Of a stretch of DNA of 60,775 bases, positions 45,644 to 54,097 are shown one piece after another. The notes under the pieces were generated by a model. The model did not search any database. It had not been told where the DNA came from and was given only the letters and a program-made list of their open reading frames with translations. Every line of letters starts with the position of its first letter. Position 1 is the stretch's first letter. The stretch is taken from positions 1-60,775 of the forward strand of contig JBBTXR010000007.1 in NCBI GenBank assembly GCA_038062175.1. The letters are read 5' to 3'. Source of the stretch: Patescibacteria group bacterium (GTDB lineage: Bacteria; Patescibacteriota; Minisyncoccia; Phycocordibacterales; Phycocordibacteraceae). Made by a program: the position numbers and the translations under genes.

Positions 45644-47035
45644 ATGCAACAGAACAGTTCCTCCCGTTCGCGCGATACGCGCGGCGGATCTCGGTCGGGT
45701 TCATCCCGTCCACAGCGCGGCGGAAGTCGCGGTACGAGCGATGCCTACGAGATGGGTATGAAGTTTGCGCTTGAAAATGGCGCACCTCGTCGTCCTCAGC
45801 GCTCGTTTGGTCCTCCTCGCGGCGGAAGTCGCGGCTCGTCTTCATCACGTCCCTCATTTGACCGTGGCCCTCGTGGTGGCGGCTCAAGTAATCGAGGTGG
45901 CGGCAAGCGTGGCTTTGCCGAGATGAACGTTGATATCAGCAAGCTTATCAACAAGGCGCAGGCACCTGAAGAGGTAGAAGCCTACGTCTCGGAGAATGCG
46001 TTTGCAGGCTTTGCGATCGATGAGCATCTCAAGGCAAACATCATTGGTAAGGGGTACGTTACCCCAACGCCGATTCAGGATCAGTCCATCCCGCATATCC
46101 TCAAAGGTCATGACGTGGTCGGGCTTGCGAACACCGGTACCGGCAAGACAGCAGCCTTTCTCATCCCGCTTATCGATAAGGTCCTTAAGTTCCGCGCTCT
46201 CGGCCAGACCGAGCGCGTACTTATCATGGTCCCAACGCGTGAGCTTGCGATCCAGATCGAGCAGGAATTCTTTGGCTTTGCCAAGGGCCTCCAGCTCAAC
46301 TCAGTCACTATCGTCGGTGGTGCAAACATCAACCCACAGATCCGCGTTCTCCGTCGCAATCCGTCATTTGTCATCGGTACACCGGGACGCCTGAAGGATG
46401 TCATGGAGCGTAAGGAGCTCGACCTCTCAGACTTCTCAACCGTCGTTCTCGACGAGGCAGACCGCATGCTCGACATGGGATTCATCAACGATATGCGTTT
46501 CATCATGTCTCATATGCGCGAGAAGCGTCACACGCTCTTCTTCTCGGCAACCTTGTCTCGCGACATCGAGAAACTCATTCACGAATTCCTGCACGAGCCG
46601 ATCCGCGTCACGGTGAAGACCCGCGAGACCTCGCACACCATCGATCAGGACGTTGTGCGTGTCCCTACTGCGCAGAAGTTCGAGAAGCTCGTTGAGATTC
46701 TCAAGGCTCCTGAGATGGAACGCGTGCTTGTCTTCGGACGCACCAAGCATGGTGTCGAGCGCATTGCGAAAGATCTTCGCCATGCCGGCATTAAGGCTGA
46801 ATCTATCCACGGCAACAAGACCCATGGCGCTCGCCAGAAGGCGCTGACCTTGTTCAAGCAGTCACATGTGAATGTTCTGGTGGCTACCGACGTTGCTGCC
46901 CGCGGCTTGGATATTTCAGGTGTTACGCACGTGATCAACTACGATCTCCCAGGCACCTATGAGGATTACACCCACCGTATCGGTCGCACCGGCCGAGCCG
47001 GTAAGGGAGGAAAGGCACTGACCTTCATTCCGTAA
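45644..47035 (+). CDS. DEAD-box RNA helicase with an N-terminal RGG/RS-rich extension
   Basis: Q motif, AxTGTGKT, VLDEADRML, SAT and HRIGRTGRAG. The first ~95 aa are Arg/Gly/Ser-rich. Confidence 0.85.
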   Translation: MQQNSSSRSRDTRGGSRSGSSRPQRGGSRGTSDAYEMGMKFALENGAPRRPQRSFGPPRGGSRGSSSSRPSFDRGPRGGGSSNRGGGKRGFAEMNVDISKLINKAQAPEEVEAYVSENAFAGFAIDEHLKANIIGKGYVTPTPIQDQSIPHILKGHDVVGLANTGTGKTAAFLIPLIDKVLKFRALGQTERVLIMVPTRELAIQIEQEFFGFAKGLQLNSVTIVGGANINPQIRVLRRNPSFVIGTPGRLKDVMERKELDLSDFSTVVLDEADRMLDMGFINDMRFIMSHMREKRHTLFFSATLSRDIEKLIHEFLHEPIRVTVKTRETSHTIDQDVVRVPTAQKFEKLVEILKAPEMERVLVFGRTKHGVERIAKDLRHAGIKAESIHGNKTHGARQKALTLFKQSHVNVLVATDVAARGLDISGVTHVINYDLPGTYEDYTHRIGRTGRAGKGGKALTFIP

Positions 47036-47043
47036 AAGACGCC

Positions 47044-47075
47044 AAAACCCCCAGGATTGTCATCCTGGGGGTTTT
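47044..47075 (+). terminator. Rho-independent terminator
   Basis: 14-bp stem AAAACCCCCAGGAT / ATCCTGGGGGTTTT. Confidence 0.8.
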
Positions 47076-47118
47076 GCTATACTTACGGGACTAGAAACTA
47101 AGGGTCTTATATATTCGT

Positions 47119-47814
47119 ATGGAAAAAGCAGAAACTGGTTCGTTCTTGGAAAAGTACCTCACCCCGATCGCGGTACTCGTCGGTGCACTTATCATCGCTG
47201 GTGCGTTTGCGTTTGGTCGTGGTGACACGGCTCCTCTTGCGCAGCAGGGACAGCAGCCAGCGAAGGTCGCTAACATTGCAGACGTGAAGACCAACGACAG
47301 TCCGTCGATTGGTAACAAGAATGCTCCTGAGACCATGGCGGTTTGGTTCGACTATCAGTGTGGCTTCTGCAAGAAGTTCGACGAAGAGACGATCGCGCAG
47401 CTCAAGACCTCACACGTTGATACCGGTAAGCTCCGCATCGTATTCAAGGACTTCCAGTTCTTCCCGGGTTCCGAAGATGTGGGTGTGTTCGGTCGCGCAA
47501 TGTGGGAAGCGTATCCTGACCAGTACTACGCATGGTTCTCAGGTGTGATGGCACTTCCAGCCGGTGAAGGATCCGGTCTCACGGTGGCGCGCGTAAAGGA
47601 TGTTGCTGCAGGTATTACGGGAGTCGATGCTAATCGTGTAGAAGAGCTCGCAACGGAGAATCGTGCGAAGTATATTGCTGCTATTCAGGCAGATCGCGAA
47701 GAGGGAGGGGTCTTCGGTATCACTGGCACCCCAGCCTCTATCGTCGGGAAGCAACTCCTTGAGGGCGCACAGCCTTACGCAACGGTGTCTGCTGCAGTTG
47801 ATGCAGGCTCGTAA
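47119..47814 (+). CDS. DsbA-family thiol:disulfide oxidoreductase (membrane-anchored)
   Basis: N-terminal TM and the thioredoxin fold with FDYQCGFCKKF (CxxC). Confidence 0.8.
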   Translation: MEKAETGSFLEKYLTPIAVLVGALIIAGAFAFGRGDTAPLAQQGQQPAKVANIADVKTNDSPSIGNKNAPETMAVWFDYQCGFCKKFDEETIAQLKTSHVDTGKLRIVFKDFQFFPGSEDVGVFGRAMWEAYPDQYYAWFSGVMALPAGEGSGLTVARVKDVAAGITGVDANRVEELATENRAKYIAAIQADREEGGVFGITGTPASIVGKQLLEGAQPYATVSAAVDAGS

Positions 47815-47871
47815 GAACACATTACTTTCAACTTCAAAGCCCCTTCTAAGGGGCTTTGTTAGTATCAGGGT

Positions 47872-48333
47872 ATGACCGAAGCAGAATACCAGCGCCTCAA
47901 TTTCCACCCGGACTTCAAACCGGATCTCTCACCAAAGGAGATGCTCGCGCTTGGGATATTTGGTGGTGCATATTTTGACGGGGTATCGATAGCAGAATAT
48001 CCGAAGGATTGGTTTGAGGGAGTTGCTGTTTCAGACCATGGGAAGGATAAGAAGCTGAACTACTTTCTGGTTGATGCCTCGCAGTCACGGGAGGAATGGA
48101 TACGAAAGGGCTGGATCGGTGAACACGATCCTTTGGGATGGTTTGAGTGGTACTGCAGGTATTATCTCGGACGCCGAATCCCTGGAGAAGACGAACGACA
48201 GATCAAGCGGTGGCGACGGATGGTGCGGCATGTGGCGCAGATTAAATATGCCTGCCGGGCAGGGGACGCTACCTGCCACACGAAGCAGCGGCAGGCGCTA
48301 CTCCATTGGGGTTATGACTCTCGGGGGATGTAA
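47872..48333 (+). CDS. Conserved hypothetical protein (153 aa)
   Basis: Long ORF. TGtTAGTAT (47857-47865) lies 6 nt upstream of the ATG. No domain recognised. Confidence 0.6.
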   Translation: MTEAEYQRLNFHPDFKPDLSPKEMLALGIFGGAYFDGVSIAEYPKDWFEGVAVSDHGKDKKLNYFLVDASQSREEWIRKGWIGEHDPLGWFEWYCRYYLGRRIPGEDERQIKRWRRMVRHVAQIKYACRAGDATCHTKQRQALLHWGYDSRGM

Positions 48334-48348
48334 CGATATACTGCAGCC

Positions 48349-48507
48349 ATGAACATTGAATGGAATAAAGTGACGTCGCTTTCGCAGATCGTCGCAATCG
48401 TACTTGCTGTTGGTATCTTTGCGCTCGGTTTCTATCTCGGTCAGCAGTATCAGGTGAAGGCGTATGAAAATGCGATTCAGGCTGAACTCGGTGAGATGGT
48501 GCGATAG
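48349..48507 (+). CDS. Small membrane-anchored protein (52 aa)
   Basis: One TM (IVAIVLAVGIFALGFYL). TATACT (48337-48342) lies exactly 6 nt upstream of the ATG. Below the ORF-track cutoff. Confidence 0.5.
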   Translation: MNIEWNKVTSLSQIVAIVLAVGIFALGFYLGQQYQVKAYENAIQAELGEMVR

Positions 48508-48512
48508 ACACG

Positions 48513-48923
48513 ATGAGCGAAGAGGAATTCAAAGAGATAGCACAGGAAGAGTGGACGAAAGTTCCTGAGCGCTTTCAAGAACGCATCAAGAACGTTGCGC
48601 TTTTGATTGAAGACGAACCGAGCGAGGAGGTGCGTCGTGACGAGGGACTTGAGGAAGGCGAGACGCTACTCGGCTTGTATCAGGGCATCCCGAACACAGA
48701 ACGGGGAAGTGAGTATGGAGTTGGCATCACCATGCCTGACACCATTACCCTCTATCGTCTTCCCCTGATTGAGGAGGCGGAGAATATGGATCGAGAATTC
48801 AGACAGGCGATGCGTATCTCGATACGGGAAACGATTTGGCACGAGCTCGCGCACTATTTCGGGCATTCCGAAGAGCCGATTAACGAGCGGGAAGGGGAGG
48901 GGACGAATCGATTTGAATCCTAA
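48513..48923 (+). CDS. Zincin-like metallopeptidase-family protein (DUF1025-like)
   Basis: ITLYRLPL ... TIWHELAHYFG (HExxH-type motif) in a 136-aa protein. Confidence 0.7.
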   Translation: MSEEEFKEIAQEEWTKVPERFQERIKNVALLIEDEPSEEVRRDEGLEEGETLLGLYQGIPNTERGSEYGVGITMPDTITLYRLPLIEEAENMDREFRQAMRISIRETIWHELAHYFGHSEEPINEREGEGTNRFES

Positions 48924-48988
48924 TCTGTCGGCAATATTTAACTCCGTGTAAACGGAGGACATTAGAACCTGTTTGTAGGTAAATGCTT

Positions 48989-49016
48989 AGCCCCCGGTCA
49001 TCATATGCCGGGGGCT
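48989..49016. terminator. Bidirectional hairpin between convergent genes
   Basis: AGCCCCCGG / CCGGGGGCT 9-bp stem. Confidence 0.55.
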
Positions 49017-49027
49017 GCGAACAATTG

Positions 49028-49633
49028 CTAGGACAAGTAGCGGATATCAGGGTTAGGGACTTCCTTCTTGTCGTCGTAGAACACGAAGATCAGTTCCTCA
49101 CGCGTACAGATCAGCCCTTCGGGCAGGCCGAGGCGACTCTTCACCTTGCACGGCAGCTTGTGGCTCGTTGGGACGAATCCCGCAGCGTGCGGCTGGCAGT
49201 GGTCTTTGGAGAAGTAGAACTCCCCTTGACCATTGCTGCTGAAGACCACGACCTCAGTCTCGTCGTGCGGTGAACGGGTCAGTCGCGCGACTGCCAGGTC
49301 CTCATAGAACGTGCAGACGTAGTACTGGCGATTCGAATGCACTCCATCTCGGCCGGCGTACGTCACGGAAACGTACACTCGGTCGATCGGGAATCCGGCC
49401 TGCCGATTGTTCTTGAAAATAACCGTGCAGATGGGATAGACCCAAAGGTCATGATTCGTGCGACCCTCGATTTGCACCTCGGCATTACCCTGGAGCTTGC
49501 ATGCTCGCAGGGTATAGTCGTTGATCCTGTCGAATTCCGAAATGAACTGCCCGATGTTCATGTGGTTGACCACCGCATTGGCTGCGGCAATGGCTGTCGA
49601 CCGAACGACACCCAGACGGTCAAATTCACTCAT
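49028..49633 (-). CDS. Hypothetical protein (201 aa), SD-led orphan
   Basis: AAGGAG (49640-49645 on plus coordinates) lies 6 nt upstream of ATG 49633. The ORF extension to GTG 49678 is judged spurious. No recognised domain. Confidence 0.55.
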   Translation of the reverse strand: MSEFDRLGVVRSTAIAAANAVVNHMNIGQFISEFDRINDYTLRACKLQGNAEVQIEGRTNHDLWVYPICTVIFKNNRQAGFPIDRVYVSVTYAGRDGVHSNRQYYVCTFYEDLAVARLTRSPHDETEVVVFSSNGQGEFYFSKDHCQPHAAGFVPTSHKLPCKVKSRLGLPEGLICTREELIFVFYDDKKEVPNPDIRYLS

Positions 49634-49782
49634 CGTCTTCTCCTTGCATGAAGGAACGTAACAGGCCGATCCTGTCACTCAGTCGCATGGACCGATATTT
49701 GTATATGACTATTTTTATATTAAATTGTCAAATTTAGTCCCGGCATAGGAGTTTGGTTCCAGCGTCTCTCCAGATCCACGCT

Positions 49783-50097
49783 CTACACTTTCTTTTTCGC
49801 TCTCCTCGCAAGCACCCCCTTCACCGAAGGACTTATCTCCTTATCCTTCCGGTGTATACAGCCAATCCAACAGCAGGGTCTACGCTTTCCATTCTTCAGG
49901 TCACCGACCAGTCTTTTAATATGGTCCTTCCGGGTCTCGTCTTTTTTCACGGAGATAACCCAACAAATCCATTCATTGCGGGCAAGGGGAGTAAGGGTCT
50001 CCCAGGCAGCAAGCGCAGATTTACTTCCTGTAAGCGCTTTCTGCATATCAGTAGGCAGCGTATGTGCCGTACCGGCTGAGATTACTTTCTGCTTCAT
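49783..50097 (-). CDS. YdeI/OmpD-associated family protein (104 aa)
   Basis: WETLTPLARNEWICWVISVKKDETRKDHIKRLVGDLKNGKRRPCCW. TATCAT lies 6 nt upstream of the ATG. The 264-aa ORF extension overlaps the divergent gene and is rejected. Confidence 0.7.
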   Translation of the reverse strand: MKQKVISAGTAHTLPTDMQKALTGSKSALAAWETLTPLARNEWICWVISVKKDETRKDHIKRLVGDLKNGKRRPCCWIGCIHRKDKEISPSVKGVLARRAKKKV

Positions 50098-50182
50098 GAG
50101 GACATGATAGCGCACGTAAATGAGGTTGTAGGGTGCACCTAAACCGACTATCATAGATACATACTTTAGTAATTCGTTACGT

Positions 50183-51418
50183 ATGCGTATCACCACCAAG
50201 CTTCCGCTCCTCGCTGCACTTCTCTTTGCGGCGGTTATCCCATTCTCCGCATCAGCGGCAACCTGCAACTTCACCCGTGATCTTGAAGTTGGTGTTACCG
50301 ATGGCGAGGATATTCGCTGCCTCCAGCAATACCTAAACGGTGCTGGCTTCACCATCGCCACTGAAGGCGTTGGTTCAGCTGGAAAGGAGACGACACAGTT
50401 CCGAGAGAAAACGAAAGAGGCGCTCGTGAAGTGGCAGACCAAGAATGGGCTCTCTCCAGCAACCGGGTACTTCGGCCCGCTCTCACGTGCTAAATACAAG
50501 GAACTCGGGTCAGGCACTACCCCTGCCGTTCCGGCAACACCGGGCGTCACCCCCGCAACGCCAGCGATCCCTGGCAACCAGACGGCAATCCAAGCACAGC
50601 TTCAGGCGCTCCTCGCACAGGTAGAGAAGCTGAAGGGAGGACAGGGACAGGGTCAGGTCTCGACCCCGACCGTCTCTGACTCAAGTGTTAAGAAACTCAT
50701 CCTCAAGGCTATTGGTGCGATTGAAGAAGCCGAGGAGCAGATCGAAGAGGCAGGTGACACGGCAAGTAACTCCGCACGCGACAATCTCTCAGACGCACGC
50801 AAGGACTTCTTCACGGCAATCGAAGGATACTTCGACAACAATATGGCACGTGCCGCACAGTACGCAGACGAGGCATACGACAATGCGATCGATGCATACC
50901 AGGATGCTGGCGGAGAGACTGAAGAAGATGAGCTTGATGAACAGCTTGATGAACTTGATGACCAGATTGATGAGACTGAGGTGAAGATCGAGCAGGCTGA
51001 CGATGATGGTAAGGACGTCGAAGAAGCCGAAGAACTTCTTGATGAGGCGAAGGATAAGTTTGAAGAGGCTGAGACTGCCTTGGATGATGAGGAGTATGAC
51101 GAGGTACGTGATCTCGCGGACGAAGTAGAAGATCTCCTTGATGACGCCATTGATGCTATTGGCTCAAAGAAGGGAGACGAGGATGACGCTGAAGAAGCAA
51201 TCGAAAGTGCAGAGGATGCGATCGACGAGGCACAGGAGGCTATCGAAGAGGCACAGGATGATGGAGAAGATACGGACGAAGCTGAGGAACTTCTCGAGGA
51301 AGCAGAAGACAAGCTCGATGAGGCACAGGAGGCATTCGATGACGAGGACTATGACGATGCCCAGGATCTTGCTGATGAAGCTAAGGATCTTGCTGATGAC
51401 GCGATCGACGAACTCTAG
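50183..51418 (+). CDS. Secreted peptidoglycan-binding protein with a hyper-acidic repeat tail
   Basis: Signal peptide, PG_binding_1-like domain (GEDIRCLQQYLNGAGF...TGYFGPLSRAKY), a Pro/Thr linker, then ~250 aa of D/E/A-rich helix including two ~57-aa repeats. Confidence 0.75.
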   Translation: MRITTKLPLLAALLFAAVIPFSASAATCNFTRDLEVGVTDGEDIRCLQQYLNGAGFTIATEGVGSAGKETTQFREKTKEALVKWQTKNGLSPATGYFGPLSRAKYKELGSGTTPAVPATPGVTPATPAIPGNQTAIQAQLQALLAQVEKLKGGQGQGQVSTPTVSDSSVKKLILKAIGAIEEAEEQIEEAGDTASNSARDNLSDARKDFFTAIEGYFDNNMARAAQYADEAYDNAIDAYQDAGGETEEDELDEQLDELDDQIDETEVKIEQADDDGKDVEEAEELLDEAKDKFEEAETALDDEEYDEVRDLADEVEDLLDDAIDAIGSKKGDEDDAEEAIESAEDAIDEAQEAIEEAQDDGEDTDEAEELLEEAEDKLDEAQEAFDDEDYDDAQDLADEAKDLADDAIDEL

Positions 51419-51432
51419 AAGCGAGTGTAGAT

Positions 51433-51465
51433 AACAAAAGACCGGCCAGAAGCCGGTCTTTTGTT
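51433..51465. terminator. Bidirectional terminator
   Basis: 14-bp stem AACAAAAGACCGGC / GCCGGTCTTTTGTT. It overlaps the dedA-like stop. Confidence 0.8.
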
Positions 51466-52114
51466 ATGCCTTCTTCTCGCGTACTCGCCTGAGGTAATAG
51501 ATGTAGAGCACAAAGAGACCGAGACAGACGGCAAGCGCGATCTGGATGAGGGATTCAATCGAGGTCGCTTGGTTCAGAAGATTCTGGTATGCGGAGAAGC
51601 CGGTGTAACCAACGGCGATAAAGAGAAGGCTACGGATTAGGTTACCGATGAAGGTGGCGATGTTGTAGAGACCAAACGGAATCTTGATGATGCCGGCACC
51701 GACCGAAATCGGAAGAGAAGGGGAGAGTGGAAGTGCTCGAATGAAAATCAGGATGAGGTAGTCACGCACACCTCCCGTGAAGTATTTACCCACGCGCTCA
51801 ACTTCTGCATGAGTGATGCCGATCTTGGGACCAAGGCGCACCAGCAGGAAATCCTCAGCCTTGTCCGCAATGACATAGAGGATCGCGCACCCGATCGACT
51901 TCCCAACCGAGGCAAGAGCGGCAAGCCAGAGAAGTCCCCACCAGCCGTATCCTGCGGCAAGCGCTAAGGAGCCTGCGAGTGTGGTGATGAGGACGGAAGG
52001 GATGGGTGCCACAATCTCCTCGATAAAGGAGCCAAAGAACACGAAGAGTTCGAGCGGAAGCACGTAGGCAAGCGAGGTGAGGAGATGGCTGAACTGCTCA
52101 AACATAAAGCCCAT
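51464..52114 (-). CDS. DedA-family membrane protein
   Basis: The pattern FFGSFIEEIVAPIPSVLITTLAGS ... is the DedA/SNARE-associated signature. The start may instead be ATG 52105, which lies 7 nt downstream of a TAGTAT hexamer. Confidence 0.75.
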   Translation of the reverse strand: MGFMFEQFSHLLTSLAYVLPLELFVFFGSFIEEIVAPIPSVLITTLAGSLALAAGYGWWGLLWLAALASVGKSIGCAILYVIADKAEDFLLVRLGPKIGITHAEVERVGKYFTGGVRDYLILIFIRALPLSPSLPISVGAGIIKIPFGLYNIATFIGNLIRSLLFIAVGYTGFSAYQNLLNQATSIESLIQIALAVCLGLFVLYIYYLRRVREKKA

Positions 52115-52218
52115 ACTACGCTATCCACACAGTAGAGGCCATTAAGCTCATCTTCATAGAGCAGAGCTATACTTATAGGTATCAGGTTGACCCCTGACCA
52201 TAATCTTTATCTAGCAGT

Positions 52219-52608
52219 ATGGCAAAAACGCTTGCAATGGTTTTCGGTGTCGTATTCGTGCTTGTGGGTATCCTTGGATTCATTCCTAACCCGCTCGTGG
52301 GTATGGAGGGTCTCTTCGAAACCGATGCGATCCACAACATTGTGCACCTTCTCTTCGGTGTAATTTTGATCGTGGCATCACGTGCAGATGTCGCAAAGGC
52401 AGCGCTCTGGCTCCTCATTCTCGGCGTCGTGTACCTCGCACTTGCACTCGTCGGCTTCCTTATGATTCCTGAGGAGGGTGAGCTCCTTGGTCTCGTGCAT
52501 ATGAATCATGCTGACCACTGGCTCCATGTCGTGCTCGGCGTGGTCTTGATCGCAGCAGGTGTTCTTGGGAAGAAGGGGGGATCCGCTCCGATGGGTCCGG
52601 TGATGTAA
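52219..52608 (+). CDS. DUF4383-like membrane protein
   Basis: FGVVFVLVGILGFIPNP...NIVHLLFG is the DUF4383 pattern. Confidence 0.7.
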   Translation: MAKTLAMVFGVVFVLVGILGFIPNPLVGMEGLFETDAIHNIVHLLFGVILIVASRADVAKAALWLLILGVVYLALALVGFLMIPEEGELLGLVHMNHADHWLHVVLGVVLIAAGVLGKKGGSAPMGPVM

Positions 52609-52627
52609 CAACTCCGCTCGGTTCGAT

Positions 52628-52662
52628 ACGAACACACCGCTCATCTTGAGCGGTGTGTTCGT
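52628..52662 (+). terminator. Rho-independent-type hairpin
   Basis: 15-bp stem ACGAACACACCGCTC / GAGCGGTGTGTTCGT. A second, 22-nt perfect palindrome at 52675-52696 serves the convergent gene. Confidence 0.7.
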
Positions 52663-52726
52663 GTATAACGAATAAGCCGGATCATATGATCCGGCTGGTG
52701 GTTGGGGGTGAAGGTGAGGCGAATGG

Positions 52727-52960
52727 TCAGGGGTTGTAGAGAGGTGCGGAGGGGAGCGGGTAGGAAGGGAGAGCGGAGAGAGGAATGGAAGCGGGAGTAG
52801 ATTCTGCAGTTGCGGCAAGGTGTGCAGCAGCGTCAGCAGATACTCGAGCGCCATGGAGAAACGCAATGACCGTTGCTTCAAGTTCTTTGAGCACGTTTGG
52901 AACAAGCCATCCAAGTACCAGGATCAACACCCCAAGACCAAGTGCGCGGAATATGGGCAT
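52727..52960 (-). CDS. Small membrane protein (77 aa)
   Basis: N-terminal TM (ALGLGVLILVLGWLV) and a Pro/Ala/Ser tail. This is the more coherent of two overlapping ORFs. Confidence 0.4.
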   Translation of the reverse strand: MPIFRALGLGVLILVLGWLVPNVLKELEATVIAFLHGARVSADAAAHLAATAESTPASIPLSALPSYPLPSAPLYNP

Positions 52961-53156
52961 ATTCGTTTGCTTAGGTTAAATAACGGGGCGCAGATGCGGG
53001 TCCCGACGTACACATATGCGTACGCGATGGGTTCCATTGCCTTTCAAGGTGCTCTGAATATAAGAACTAGGTAGAAGGGAGGGAGGTTGCAGAATCGAAA
53101 TCTGGTATGTCAGCCTATAAATAGGGAAACCGCGTGAGCGGAATCCCGTTACGCGG

Positions 53157-53459
53157 TTACTTGAGCTCAGTGTCGGCGAGCTCCTTCAGGAGTCGAATTG
53201 CATTTGCATGTGCATGCGGGCCTGGCACTACTCCGCTTGCCCAGTGATTAATCGTAACTCTGGAAACAGCGAAATGGTCGTGCAAGGTCTTGTCATCGAT
53301 AAGCTGCCTGGCTGTCTGAATTAGAACAGCGAAGCGATCTTCCTTCTCAGACTCAGGTTCATCCAGCATCTTGCGGAACGCTTGAAGTGACTTTCGTCTT
53401 GTTTCCGCACGATGATCCGCGGATGATGTTGGGAAAGACGCATCGCTTTCCTGGGTCAT
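53157..53459 (-). CDS. HTH (XRE/antitoxin-like) protein, SD-led
   Basis: C-terminal LHDHFAVSRVTINHWASG helix-turn-helix. GAGGA lies 6 nt upstream of the ATG. A terminator hairpin AACCGCGT/ACGCGGTT overlaps the stop. Confidence 0.5.
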   Translation of the reverse strand: MTQESDASFPTSSADHRAETRRKSLQAFRKMLDEPESEKEDRFAVLIQTARQLIDDKTLHDHFAVSRVTINHWASGVVPGPHAHANAIRLLKELADTELK

Positions 53460-53537
53460 GTTGATTCCTCTGGCTCAAGGTAAGTCTGGACAGAACCCTA
53501 GCATAGTTGCATATGGACTCCAACAGTGTTCGGTACA

Positions 53538-54074
53538 CTACACGCCCTTCAATAGCTCCGCATATTCCTTCTGCACCTTCTGAAGCTTTGGTGCAATGAT
53601 CACCTGACAGTACCCCTGACTAGGGTTCCTCTCGTAGTAGTCCTTGTGGTATTCCTCGGCAGGATAGAAGGGAGCTTCTTCGATGGTGGTGACGATCGGA
53701 TCACCCTCAGCAGAAGACGCCTCCAGTTCTTTAATGAATGCCTCGGTCTCTGCCTTCTGCTCGGGAGTAGTAGGGAACACTGAAGAGCGATACTGCGTAC
53801 CCACATCATTCCCCTGACGGTTTAGCTGCGTCGCGTCATGGGACGCGAAGAATATGGTGAGGAGGGTGCGGTAGGAAACGAGCGAGGGATCGTATTCAAT
53901 ACGGATCACTTCTGCGTGTCCGGTCTCACCAGTACACACCTGCTCGTAGGTCGGATTAGGTTGTGCGCCTCCGGCATACCCCGGTTCTACCTTCGTTACC
54001 CCTTTCAGCATCTTGAATACCGCCTCCGTGCACCAGAAGCAGCCGCCCCCAAATATAGCCTGCTGAGTAGTCAT
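53538..54074 (-). CDS. msrA: Peptide methionine-S-sulfoxide reductase
   Basis: [12 protein letters not shown] active site and 178 aa. TGgTAAAAT lies 6 nt upstream of the ATG. Confidence 0.95.
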   Translation of the reverse strand: MTTQQAIFGGGCFWCTEAVFKMLKGVTKVEPGYAGGAQPNPTYEQVCTGETGHAEVIRIEYDPSLVSYRTLLTIFFASHDATQLNRQGNDVGTQYRSSVFPTTPEQKAETEAFIKELEASSAEGDPIVTTIEEAPFYPAEEYHKDYYERNPSQGYCQVIIAPKLQKVQKEYAELLKGV

Positions 54075-54097
54075 GCTACGATTTTACCACTACGTCC

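Noticed and set aside
49783-50577. Full 264-aa ORF on the minus strand
   Set aside because: Only the C-terminal 104 aa match the YdeI family, and a TATCAT hexamer sits 6 nt before that internal ATG. The upstream part overlaps the divergent PG-binding gene and is Pro/Gly/Ala/Val low complexity.
50653-51312. 219-aa Ser-rich ORF antisense to the acidic-tail gene
   Set aside because: It is the reverse-complement reading of GAx/GCx codons and gives a poly-Ser/Ala artefact. The plus-strand gene has a signal peptide and a PG-binding domain.
52675-52696. Perfect 22-nt palindrome AGCCGGATCATATGATCCGGCT
   Set aside because: It lies immediately downstream of the minus-strand 52727-52960 ORF and next to another hairpin for the plus-strand gene. 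It is most simply a terminator stem rather than a protein-binding site.
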